Translations under genes and position numbers: made by a program
The notes under the pieces: generated by a model
What the model saw: only the letters and a program-made list of their open reading frames with translations
Told to the model about the DNA's origin: nothing
Database searches by the model: none
Part shown: in pieces, positions 1 through 10,883 of the stretch
How the letters are laid out: the number at the start of each line of letters is the position of its first letter
Position numbering within the stretch: position 1 is the stretch's first letter
Assembly (NCBI GenBank): GCA_014905635.1
Contig: JABVCE010000005.1
Location: 868,001-932,000, forward strand
Source of the DNA: Scenedesmus sp. PABB004
Taxonomy: Eukaryota
DNA: 64,000 bases
Direction of reading: 5' to 3'

Positions 1-28
1 CGGCGGCGCGAACAAGGCCGGGGGCAGC

Positions 29-2080
29 ATGCCGCCGACGCCGGTCAAGGGCGCGCCCGGCGCGGACCCCGCGCCGTCGAGCCGGCGCCGCACGGCCTGC
101 CGCATCGCGGTGCCGCTGCTGCTCCTGCTGGTGGCGGCGGGCGTCGGCATCGGCGCGTGGCAGGGCCTCGCCGCGCGCGGCCGCGCGCAGACGGCGGCCG
201 CGCGGGCGGGCCAGCCGCTCGTGTTTGAGGTCACCATGGCCGCGGACGCGCCCGACGCGCCCCGCGCCTGCGAGGCCTGGCTGGGCAGCCCCGAGGTGCG
301 CCCCGGCGCGGCGCCGGGGCGCGCGCGCCGCCGCCGCCGGGGCGCGCGCGCCGCCGCCGCCGTCCACGCTGCGCCGCCCCGCTCTCGCCGCGCGCCCCGC
401 GCCGCGCCCTGCCTCACCGCGCCGCCGTGCACGTCGCTGCCCGTGTGCCCGCAGCGCGTGGCTGGCTTTGCTGACGTCATCTCTGGCGGCTACGCGCACG
501 CGCTCAACATCCCCGCCCCCGACCTGGCCGTGAGCTGGGTGGAGTGCGGCGGCGTGGTGCACCGCGCCCCCGCGCGCGGCGTGCTCACGGCCGCGGCCGA
601 CGCGGCGAGCCAGCCCGGCGGCAGCGCGGACGCCGAGCCCGCCGCGCCTCGCCGCGCACTGCTGGAGGGCGGCGCAGCGCCCACAACCGACGTGGCGGCC
701 GCGTTCTCGCTGCCCGCGCCGGCGGACGCGAGCGAGCACGCGCGGCTGACGCAGACGGTGCTGTCCGGCTCGGGCGCCATCCTGGCGGAGCCGCTCAGCC
801 AGCTGCTGGGCGTGGCGGTGACGGTCAAGTCGGTGGAGCAGGTCAGCGGCCCCGCGGCGGCCGAGCCGCCCGCACCGGCGGCGGCGCAGCCCGCGCCCGC
901 GGCGCAGCCGCTCGCGCCCGAGGAGGCCGTGGCGCAGCCCGAGCCTGTGGCGCAGCCCGAGCCTGCGGCGCAGCCCGAGCCTGTGGCGCAGCCGGAGCCC
1001 GCCGCGCAGCCCGCTGCGCAGCCGGAGCCCGTGGCGCCGCAGCCGGCTGCAACCCAGCCCGCGCCCCAGGCGCAGGCGCCCAAGCCCGCGCCTGCCAAGC
1101 AGGCCAAGGCCGCCCCGGCCGCCGCCGGCGCCGCGCCCGGCGCGGCGGCTGCTGCGGCGGCGCCCGAGCCTGCCAGCGCTCCCGTCGGCCTGGCGGCGAC
1201 GCCGGCCTGCTCCAAGCCGCCCTCGCCCCTCACGGCAGTGGAGGACAACGCGGGCCGGCTGTGGGGCTGGGAGTCTGGCGGCAGCTGCCTCTTTGTCGGC
1301 GCCGGCGCTGCCGACCTCGACCACGCGGGCGACGACAGCGCCTGGCGCGCCGCGCCCGCGTGCGAGGCGGCGCCCGGCCCGCGCAACGCCGTCGTCGACG
1401 GCGACGGCCGCGCCTGGGGCTGGGAGGGCGGCGCGAGCTGCGCGTTCCGCGACGTCTCGTACGTGCCGTTCGCGCCGGGGGTGCCGCAGCCCACCTGGGC
1501 GGCGGCGCCGGCGTGCGGCTTTGAGCCAACCGCGACCAACAGCGTCACCGACGTCGACGGCCGGCTGTGGGGCTGGCGCGACGACGACCAGAGCTGCGCC
1601 TTCCGCGACGAGCCCGCCGCCCTGCAGCCGGCGGCGGTCGGCGGCAACATGCGGCTGGCGGCGCCGCCCGCCGCCGCCGCCGACAAGGCCCCGGCGGCGG
1701 CGCCGCCCGCCGCCGTCAAGGCGACCAAGGCGGCGGCGCCGCCCGCCGCCGGCAAGCGCAAGCCCGCGCGCCCGAGCAACCGGCCCCGCGAGGTGCCCGT
1801 GGAGGCGCCGGTCAGCCGGCCCGCCGCGGCGTCGTTCGCCGCGGCCACGCCCATGGCGGCGTGGCCCGCGGCCGTGGCGACCGACTTTGTGTTTGCGCCC
1901 GACGCGCCCGCGCCGATGCCGGAGTGGCCCGCCGGCCCGACGTACGCGGTCGCGGCGCCGCCCGCGCGCGTGGGCGCCGTCGCGCCGCCCGCGCCGCTCC
2001 CCGCGCCGCCGGCGGAGGAGGTGGAGCTCGCCGCGCCCGTCGCGCTGCCGGAGCTGCTCGCGGCGCAGCCCAAGGCCTGA
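29..2080 (+). CDS. Type II membrane-anchored protein with Pro/Ala/Gln linker and 3 CBM10-like Cys/Trp repeats
   Basis: Predicted exons 29-295 and 455-2080, with an in-frame GT-AG intron at 296-454. N-terminal hydrophobic helix IAVPLLLLLVAAGVGIGAW, then (AQPEP)n linker, then three PAC-x~12-DxxGRxWGWx4-5SCxF repeats at about 1202-1606. Confidence 0.75.
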   Translation: MPPTPVKGAPGADPAPSSRRRTACRIAVPLLLLLVAAGVGIGAWQGLAARGRAQTAAARAGQPLVFEVTMAADAPDAPRACEAWLGSPEVRPGAAPGRARRRRRGARAAAAVHAAPPRSRRAPRAAPCLTAPPCTSLPVCPQRVAGFADVISGGYAHALNIPAPDLAVSWVECGGVVHRAPARGVLTAAADAASQPGGSADAEPAAPRRALLEGGAAPTTDVAAAFSLPAPADASEHARLTQTVLSGSGAILAEPLSQLLGVAVTVKSVEQVSGPAAAEPPAPAAAQPAPAAQPLAPEEAVAQPEPVAQPEPAAQPEPVAQPEPAAQPAAQPEPVAPQPAATQPAPQAQAPKPAPAKQAKAAPAAAGAAPGAAAAAAAPEPASAPVGLAATPACSKPPSPLTAVEDNAGRLWGWESGGSCLFVGAGAADLDHAGDDSAWRAAPACEAAPGPRNAVVDGDGRAWGWEGGASCAFRDVSYVPFAPGVPQPTWAAAPACGFEPTATNSVTDVDGRLWGWRDDDQSCAFRDEPAALQPAAVGGNMRLAAPPAAAADKAPAAAPPAAVKATKAAAPPAAGKRKPARPSNRPREVPVEAPVSRPAAASFAAATPMAAWPAAVATDFVFAPDAPAPMPEWPAGPTYAVAAPPARVGAVAPPAPLPAPPAEEVELAAPVALPELLAAQPKA

Positions 2081-2706
2081 TCGCGTGCCGCGTGACTGCT
2101 GCTGTGGCTCCATGTGTGTGGGGAATGATTGACCGAGAAGAAGACGCTGCGGTGCTAGCAGGGGCGCGGCAGGTAGTTTGGCAGAAGGAGGAGCCAGGGG
2201 TCGGGAGCCAGGGGGCACGCGCGTTGGCGCCGGCGACCAGCGGCGGCGGCCTGGGCCGGCTGGCTGGCCGGGAAGCGATAGGCTGCCGCGTGAGACTAGA
2301 CGTGAACAGGAGCAACACCGCGATGGCTCGGCCCCCGCTCGACGAGGGCGCGCGCCGACTACCGGCCGCATCTCGAACCCGCACTCCGGAGTGCGACTCG
2401 CTCCCGGATTGGCGCCCATACCAGGGTCCATTCCGCACTGCCACGAGTCATTTTTGAGCTCGCCGCAGCCCCTGGACGCCGCGCGTGAGCTCTACCGCGC
2501 GCCAGTCGCGGGCCGCGCCGCGTGGCCGCGCCGTGCGGGACCCATGAGCTGCGCTTCGACGCTAAAGCAGCTCGAGTAGCCCGCACGTCAGCCTAGCCCA
2601 GGCCGCCGCGGCCTGGGGCGCCGGCGGCGGCGCGGGGCAGCGGCAGCGGCGCGCACTCGGCCACGCGGGCGCGCCCAGCGCCTGAGCCAGCCGCAGCGCA
2701 GGCAGC

Positions 2707-5700
2707 ATGAAGCACCGTGACAAGAAGAAGCCGCCGGTGCCGCCGGCGGAGCGGCAGCAGCAGCAGCCGCCGCCGCAGCAGCCTCAGCCAGCGCAGCTCG
2801 CGCACCTGCAGGCGCTCCAGCAGCAGCAGCAGCAGCAGCAGCAGGCGGCGGCGTGGTCGCAGCAGGAGCAGCAGTTCCAGCAGCTGGAGCAGTTCACGCC
2901 GCCGCCGCTGCAGCCGCTGCAGACGGGGCGGCCGCCGGCGGCGCCGGCGCAGTCGCACTTTGCGCTGCCGCCGGCGGGGCTGCCGACCAGCCCCACGCCG
3001 GGCGCGCCGAGCCCCGGCGGCAGCGCGCTGCGCCTCACGCCGCGCAGCAGCTCGGGCGGCGGCGTGCCGCGGCCGCAGAGCGCGGGCCTCGCGGCGCGCA
3101 TCACCGCGGCGGAGCTGGCGGCGGCGGGCACGTTCGACCCCGCCAGCTGGGCGGCCGCGGCGGCCGAGGCGGTGCGGGCCGACCAGGAGGCGGCGGCAGA
3201 GGCGGCGCGGCGCGAGCGCGCCCAGGACGAGGAGCGGCGCCGCCAGGAGCAGGCGCGCGCGTCCGCGGCGGCCCTCGCGGCCGCGCGCGTGTCGGCGGCG
3301 CACACGCACGGCCTCTCGACCGAGGGCAGCGCGGCGTCGGACTCGGCGCTGGGCGGCGGGCCGGCTCAGGGGCAGGCCATCCAGAGCAGCCCTGCCTTTC
3401 GCTTCGCGCGCGACTCGGAGGCCGGCAGCTCGGCGGCGGCGGAGCACGGCCCCGGCCTCACACCCCGCAGCGCCCTCGCGCCCAGCCCGCGCGGGCCGCC
3501 CGGCGCCGCCAGCCCCGCGCACGGCGCCTCGCCGGCCGCTGCGGCCGCGGCGGCCCTCGCGGCCGCGACCGCGAGCTACGCGAGCAGCTCGCCGGCGGGC
3601 AGCTTCAGCAGCGGCCCCATGCGCGGCGCCAGCCCCTGGCAGCAGGCGTCGGCGGCGCCCCCGCCCGGCGTGAAGGACCCCGCGGCCATCGCCGCCGAGT
3701 ACGTGCAGCTGCGCCAGGGCGAGCCGCCGGGCGGCGCCTTTCGCTTCCCCCCGCCGGCGCTGCCGCACCCCGGCGAGCCGGGGCTGCGGCAGCAGTACGC
3801 CGGCTCGCCGCGCGCGCCGCCGCCGGCCGCGTGGGCGGGCGCGGCCGCAGGCGCGGGCGCTGGCGCGGCCGCGGCCGAGGCGCCGCCCGACTCGCCGATG
3901 CGCGCCGCCGCGGCCGCGCTGCGCCAGCAGCAGCAGGCGGCGGCGATGCAGCGGCTCACCAGCTTCCCGGTTGCCGCGCTGGACCCCGACACGCAGTCGG
4001 GCTCGCCCTACTCGGCCGGCGCGCCGCACTCGGGCTCGCTCGGCCTGCGGGAGCTGCAGCCTGTGTCGGGCCAGGGCACGCCGCAGGGGTCGCCCGACCG
4101 CGCACGCATGAGGACGCTCATGGCGGCCGAGAGCGCGCTGCGCTCGCGGCGGCGCACCAACAGCCCGGGCGGCTCGCCCCGCGCGGCGGTGGGCGTGGCG
4201 GAGACGGAGCTGCGGCGGCGTCAGACGGGCTCGTCCGCGGGCGGCAGCCTGCACGGGCGCCGGCCCTCCGACGGCAGCGCCGAGGGCGCGCGCGGCGCTG
4301 GCGCCGAGGGCGTGGCGGCCGCGGCCGCGGCGGGGGCGGCGGCGGCTACGGCCGGGGCGAGCGGAGCAGCTTGGTGGCACGGTGGGTGCGGGCGCGGTGC
4401 CGCTGCGGCGGCAGCAGGATTGGGGGGGGGGGGGACGCGGAGGGGCCGCGCGGCCGGGCGAGCGCACCGCTGACCGCCGCCCCGCGCGCCCGCCCCGCAG
4501 GCACGCAGCGTGGCCGCTCGGCCCGCAGCTCGGCTGCGGGCGGGCCCGCCGACGTGGAGGCGCCGCAGGCGGGGCGGCGGCGCAGCAGGCTCAGCAGCAG
4601 CGGCGACGGCGCCGACAAGGCGGCGCGGCCGGCCGGGCGCCGCCTGCGCGGCAACAGGCTGCTCTGGTGCGGCCTCGCGGCGCTGGCCCTGCTGCTCGTC
4701 GCCGCGGGCGTGGGCGTGGGCGTGTGGCAGGGCGTGGTCGTGCCGCGCCAGCGCCGCGCGTCGGCGCTCGCGGGCGCGGGCGCGGCCGCGCCGCTCGCGT
4801 TCAAGGTCACCGTGTCGGCGCCGGCGGCGGAGCCGCCGGTCTCGTGCGCCAAGTGGTTCGGCAGCACCCAGGTGCGGGCGGGCCCCGCCACTGCGCCGCG
4901 GCCGGCGTCAGCGCACGAGTTGCGCGGCATGCGGTGTGCCAACCGCGCGCCGCCGCCGCCGCCGCCTCGTTCGCAGCGCCTGGATGACTACCGCGCCGTG
5001 TTTGTGTCCTCCTACGCCACCGCGCTGCGCCTGCCGCCGGCGAGCTTCGACGTGACGCAAGTGCAGTGCGGCGGCGCGGCGATGCTGGCCGCCAGGCCGG
5101 AGAGCGGCGCGGGCGAGGCGGGCGCCGGCGGCGGCGCCGCGGGCGCGCAGGTGCTCGCGGCGGCCGCGGCCGCCGCCGGCGCGGCGGGCGGGCGGGCGCT
5201 GCTGCAGGCGCCGCGCGGCGCCGGCGCCGGCGCCGGCGCGACGGACATCGCCACCACCTTCACGGTGCCCGCGCCGGACGACCCGCTCGAGCGCGCGCGC
5301 CTGGTCGACCGCATCGTGTGGGGCAGCCAGGACATCCTCACGTCCCCGCTCAGCGACTTCCTGGGCGTGCCGGTGAGCTTCGGCTCCATCGAGCAGGTCG
5401 GCGGGCCGCGCGGCGCCGGCGGCGCGGCGCCGGCGGCGCCGGGCGCCGCGACGAGCCGCGACGCTGCGACGCCGCTGGGGCAGCTGCCGCCGGCGCGCGC
5501 GGGGCTGCCGCCGGCCGCGCCGCCGGGGCGGCCGGCCGTGGCGCCGGACCTGCCGCCGGGCGCGGTGCCGGCGACGGTGGAGGAGACGCCGGCGCGCGAG
5601 CCGGGCGCGCCGCTGGCGCCGGGGGCGGCCGCCGCCAAGCCGCCGGCCGCCAAGCCGCCGGCCGCCAAGCCGCCGGCGGCCAAGCCGCCGGCGGCCAAGC

Positions 5701-6475
5701 CGCCCGCGCGGCCGCCGCGGCCGTCGCCGCGGCCGCTGCCGGCCGACCCCCTTTACGACTCTGCGCCCGCGTGCGGCGGCCCGCCGACCGTGGGCACGGC
5801 GGTGGCGGACAGCGAGGGGCGGCTGTGGGGCTGGGAGAACTGGCGCAGCTGCGCGTTCCGGGGGTACGCCTCGGTGCAGCCGGAGCGGCGCGACCGCGCG
5901 TGGCGCGCCGCGCCGGCGTGCGCGGGCGCGGCGACACCGGACAACAGCGTGCGCGACGGCAACGGGCTGCCGTGGGGCTGGCAGAACAGCGCGAGCTGCG
6001 CGTTCCGGGAGCCCGGCGACGAGCCGCCCCCCGACGCGGCGCAGCCGGCGTGGGCGGATGCGCCGGGCTGCGCGTTCCCCCCCACGCCCGTGAACAGCGT
6101 GAGCGACAGCGAGGGGCAGCGCTGGGGCTGGCAGGCGGGGAAGAGCTGCGCCTTCCGAGGGGAGTACACGCAGGCGGCGTGGGCGGGGACCATCACGTGG
6201 CAGGCGGCGCCGACGTGCGGCGATACGCCCGACAGCCTCAACTCGCTCCCCGACGCCGACGGCCGGCTGTGGGGCTGGCGGGACGGCAAGAGCTGCGCCT
6301 TCCGGGTGAGCGGCGCGGCGGCGGAGGGGGCAGACTGGGCAGGGCGAGGAGGAGGAGGAGAGGGGGAGAGGGGGCTACCGCGCGCCAGCCAGGCCGCTGA
6401 AGGCTCGCCGCCCACCGCGCGCTCACGCTGCCACGCGCTACCGCCACGCTCGCCTCGCACCCGCAGCCTGCCTGA
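2707..6475 (+). CDS. Paralog of the upstream gene: long disordered Ser/Pro/Gln N-terminus, one TM helix, 4 CBM10-like repeats
   Basis: Predicted exons 2707-4381, 4501-4871, 4977-6305 and 6467-6475, all frame-consistent GT-AG. TM helix LLWCGLAALALLLVAAGVGVGVWQG. Shares an intron position with gene 1 (after WxGSxQ/E). (KPPAA)n linker and four WGW-x4-SCAFR repeats at about 5766-6305. Confidence 0.72.
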
Positions 6476-6890
6476 GAGCTGGCGGCGCTGCGGCGGCACT
6501 GGGGTGGCACTGGGGTGGCACTGGGACGGCACAACCGCGGCGGCAGCACGACCACTGCATCCAACACAGCACGGCCAGCACGTCGCGGCGAGCTCGCCCT
6601 CGAGGGAGCACGGCGGCGGAGAGCGGTCCGGAGGCGGGCGCCGCAGTTACTGTGACCGCCGTTCCACGCGATCCGCTTCGCGCACGCCAAAGCAAGCTGC
6701 CAGCTCAGCCCCCACCGCTGCTAACAATCCTGCGCGCGCATGCACACCCCCCAAAAATGCAATGCTGCACACCCACGCACCGCTCCGACGGTGGGGTGAG
6801 CGGCTCGCAAAGCTGCGTAGCTTGAGTTTTAGGAACAGAGCCCCCCCCCCCCCGCTGCAACACACGCGCCTCTCTCACGCACACTCCCCG

Positions 6891-8521
6891 TCAGCCCGAC
6901 TGCACCGCGGCGGCGTCGCGCTTGCGCGCCCGCGCGCGCGACACGACCACGACCGCGCGCGCCGCCGGCTCGGCCGCAGCAGCCGCAGCGCCGGCCTCGG
7001 CGTCCGCAGGCTGCGCGCGGGGCTGCTCGGGCGGCAGCTCGCCCGCCGCAAACTGGGCAAACGCGGACACCATGCGCTGCGGCGGCTGCGCCTGCCCGCC
7101 CGTCGCGCCATGCTGCGTGGCGGCCGCCGCGCCGTGCCCCCGGCCCAGCAGCGCCAGCAGCGGCGTCAGCTCGGCACGCGGCGGCCGCCGGCTCGCCGGG
7201 TGGGCTGCCCCGGCCGCGCCCGCCACGTCCAGGCGCCGCTGCGCGCCCTGCCTGCCGCCGCGGGGCTTTGTCGCGCTGCCGCGGGCCACGCCGCCGCCCT
7301 GGCTCGGGGCGCCGCTGAGCTCCTGCAGCGCCAGCGCCGCGGCAACGGAGGGGCTTGGGCTGATGGTGGCGGCAGCCCCCACGCGCAGCGGCTGCTGCGG
7401 GGACGACAGCTGCGCCGGCTCCGCGAGCAGGTTCTCGGCTGCGCGCTGCCCGGCCTGGGTGGCCTGCTCAAGGATGCGCCGCACCGCCGCCGCCGCCGCG
7501 TCCTCGGCTGCCGCGACTGCCGCGGCCGCGGCTGCGGCCGCGACCGCCTCCGCGTCGCTGGCGGCGGCCGCCGCCGCCGCCGCCGCCGCCCGCTGCCACT
7601 CCGCGCTGCCGCCGGCCGGCCCCTGCTGTGCCCGCTGCCCGCGCGGCTCCGGCTGCCCGCCTGCGGCTGCCTCGTCCGTGAGCAGACTCAGGCTCCCCCC
7701 AAAGGTGAAGGTGCCCCCCAGCCGCAGCCGCACCGCCAGGCAGCGCCCGTCGTCCGTCGCCTCGCAGCTGAGCAGCTCCAGCGGCGGCGGCGCCGCGCCC
7801 GGCTCGCCCTGGCCGCCGGGGCGCTCGCTCGCCGGCGCCGGCGCGTCCGCGGCGCCCGGCCGTTGCGGGGCGGCAGCGGCGGCCTGCAGCGCGCCGCGCC
7901 CGGCAGCCAGGGCGCGTGCGCGGCCGCCGCTGCCGCGACGGCCGCCGCGGCCGCCGCCGCCGCCGCCGCCGCCGCGGCCGCGGTCGGGGGCGCGCCGACG
8001 CCGACGTCGCCGCCCACTTGCGGCAAGGCCATGCCCGGCCTCCACTGGTTGACCGGCCCCCGCCGGCGCTGCTTGACACGCCCCCCACCGCTCCCGGGGT
8101 GCTCAGCAGCTCCCGGCTGCAGCTCCGCCGCGCCCGGCCACCTGGCGGGCGGGAGCCAGCCTGACGCCGGCGCTGCGTGCAGCGCCGGCCAGCCGCCGGG
8201 CGCCGAACGTTGGCCGCGCCCTGCGGGGGCCGTGAGTGCGCTGCGGTGAGTGCGGTGCGCTGGGGCTTGGGCCGCGGCGCTGCGAGCTCGGCGCGCTGCG
8301 AGCACGCGCGGTCAGATCAATCCGGCCAGCAGCTGGGGCCAGCGGCGCCGACGCGATCGAGCAGCCGGCGCGCCCGCGAGTGAGCTAGATCGGCGTTACT
8401 GCGTTCCGGGAGAGCGCGCAGCGGGAGCAGCGGGACCAGGCAGCCCTCACCGGTGCCGGCCGAGCCCGCGCCGCCGCTCGGCGCCGCGGCCATGTCGCGC
8501 CGGGGCTGTCGCGGTCGGCAT
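6891..8521 (-). CDS. Hypothetical Ala/Gly/Pro-rich protein; 5' structure uncertain
   Basis: Coding-like segment LELLSCEATDDGRCLAVRLRLGGTFTFGGSLSLL ending at the stop at 6891. Likely intron 8241-8450 (GTGAG donor). A frame change near 7910 is needed to join the parts, and the start codon is tentative. Confidence 0.35.
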
Positions 8522-8975
8522 GGCGGACGTCACATGGCCGGGCCGCCCCCCGGCCGCGGCGGCGGGCGCGCCAGGTGCGTGCGGCCGGCGGCGCCGCTGG
8601 CCAGCCGCGCGCGTGCGGCGGCGCGTCTCCGCTGCGGACGTCGACGCGGGTGGGGGGATGCGGTGTGGCTGGTGTTTGCAGCTGGCGTTTGCCCGGGCGG
8701 CGGCGGTGACGGCGGGGTTCGCAGAGCAGGGCTGCCGGCGGCGTGGCCGCGCCGCCGGCCGCGGCCTCGGCGCCCGCCGCCGCCGCCCAGACCTCCTGTC
8801 CTGCCCGATCGTCGGAGCGGGCATCGCACGCAGGACGCCGCCAAGCAACCCCTCCCTCAGCGCAGCAGCAGGCGCGACGCTCGCCGCCGTTTGAGCTCGT
8901 CGTCGCTGCAGGATCATCAGCCGCTCACCGTGCGGACGAGCCGAGGGGGGCGCGACGGCGCTGTCCCCCACAGGC

Positions 8976-10525
8976 ATGATGCGCGCGCTGCAGCGGCGCG
9001 GCGGCAGCGGCGCGGCGGTGCCGCTGCCCGTCGCGTGCTGCCTCTGCCTGGCCTTCTACCTGTTCGGCTGCTACTCGCGCCCGGGCGGGCTCCCTGCCTC
9101 GCCAGGGGCCCAGGTGAGCAGCTGCCAGCGTGCGAGCGCATGCGCTCGGCGCGCGCTGACGGCGCCCCGCCCGCCCGCCCGCCGTGCGCCGCCCGCAGCT
9201 CGCGCCAGCACCGCGCAAGCTCCAGTCCCAGGGCTCTCAGCAGGCGCTGCAGCTGCAGTCGCAGCCGCAGTCGCAGCCGCAGCCGCAGCCGCGCCACGCG
9301 CTCGGCCTGGCGCTGCCGGGGCAGCTGCCCGACGCAGCCGAGTTTGCGGCGGCGTTCCTCGAGGCGTCGGGCCTCGCCGCGCTGCGGCCGCCCGTGACGC
9401 CGGCGGCGACCGGCGACGCGCACACGCGCGTCATCCCGTTTCAAATCCTGAGCTGGGCGCCGCGCATCGTCGTCTATCCCAACTTCATCGACGCCCGCCG
9501 CGCCGCGCACATCGTCGCGCTCGCCAAGTCGCGCATGGCGCCGTCCGGCCTCGCCTGGCGGCGCAGCGAGCGGCCCGACGAGGCGCAGCAGATCCGCACC
9601 AGCTCGGGCGTCTTCCTCGCCAGGCGCGGCGCCGGCGCCGGCGCGGCGGCCGGCGGCGCCGCGGCGGGGCGAAGGCAGGGCGCGGGCCCCAGGGTGCACG
9701 CGTTCTGACCTGTGCCGCCGCCGCCGCCGCCGCCGCGCTGCTTTGGTGGCAGGGAGGAGGACCCCAGCGGCGTGCTCGCCTGGGTGGAGGACAAGATTGC
9801 TGCCATCACGCTGCTGCCGACGAGCCACGGCGAGGTCCGCGGCGCCGCAGCCGCCACACGGCGCCACGCAGCCGCAGCCGCAGCTGCAGCCCACACGGCG
9901 CGCCGCCGCCGCGCCGCGCGCCGCAGTCGTTCAACGTGCTGCGCTACGAGCTGGACCAGAAGTACGACAGCCACATGGACACGTTTGACCCAAAGGCAAG
10001 GCGGGCGCGGGGCGGCACGCGTGGCGAATTGCGGTGCGCTCAGCCAGCCCTCGACGCGCGCGCCCGCGGCCGCGCGCAGGACTTCGGGCCGCAGCCCAGC
10101 CAGCGCATGGCCACGGTACTGCTGTACCTGTCCGACGTGCTCGAGGGCGGCGAGACGATCTTCAAGCGCGAGGGCGAACACGGTGCGGCGCGCGCGCGCG
10201 CCGCCGCCGCGCGCGCCGCGCCGCGCCGCGCCGGGCCGCGCCGTGGCCTGCGCGGCGCCCACGCGGCGCCCGCGCACACGCAGGCGCTGATGAGCCGGTG
10301 ACTGACTACGCGAGCTGCGAGCCGGACAAGTTCAAGTATCGGCCGCGCATGGGCGATGCAGTCCTGTTCTTCAGCTGCTCCCCCGACCTCACCATCGACC
10401 CCCGCTCGCTGCACGGCGGCTGCCCCGTGCGCCGAGGCGAGAAGTGGGTCGCGACCAAGTGGCTGCACGAGAAGCCGCAACCCAACTTTGCAGCAGCGGC
10501 GGCGGCGGCGGCGGCGGCTGAGTGA
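8976..10525 (+). CDS. P4H: Prolyl 4-hydroxylase (plant/algal type, N-terminal membrane anchor)
   Basis: Six predicted exons giving LSWAPRIVVYPNFI, RTSSGVFL, FNVLRYELDQKYDSHMDTF (HxD), QRMATVLLYLSDVLEGGETIF and SLHGGCPVRRGEKWVATKW. Two introns have GC donors (9624, 9996). Confidence 0.93.
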
Positions 10526-10778
10526 CGGCGAGCAACGCGCGCGACCAGGGCGCAGGACCGCTGCCGCTGAGCCTCCACTCTTCCTGCGCCCTCGCGCGCC
10601 ACCGCCGCCGCGTCGAGCAACAGCCGGGAACTCGAGCAGTGGCTTAAGACACTGCCAGCCACGCCGCGCACCGGTTTTGCGGGCCAGCCCGCGCGTCTGT
10701 TTCGGAGCATCCGCACACCTCCCGGCTCGCCCGGGCCGCAGCAGCCTCCCCCGAGCCTCGATACGAGTTACAGACGAG

Positions 10779-10785
10779 TATAAAA
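10779..10785 (+). promoter_or_regulatory. Candidate TATA box of the acyl-CoA synthetase gene
   Basis: TATAAAA about 105 nt upstream of the ATG at 10884, conspicuous in a very GC-rich background. Confidence 0.5.
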
Positions 10786-10883
10786 TCCTCACGAGCAAAG
10801 CTCAGACCCCGCGCCCGCCCGCCGCCGTCGCCGCTGCGCCCGCCCGCCGCCGTCGCCGCTGCGCCCGCCCTGAAACGCACAAC

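Noticed and set aside
6495..6525. 11-nt repeat GGCACTGGGGT x3 after the stop of gene 2
   Set aside because: Most simply a short slippage repeat in a 3' UTR, with no further support.
2853..8249. 1798-aa ORF and the many other long overlapping ORFs
   Set aside because: Stop codons are rare at this GC content. Only 4501-6305 of this ORF is coding; the rest is off-frame, intron, UTR or antisense sequence.
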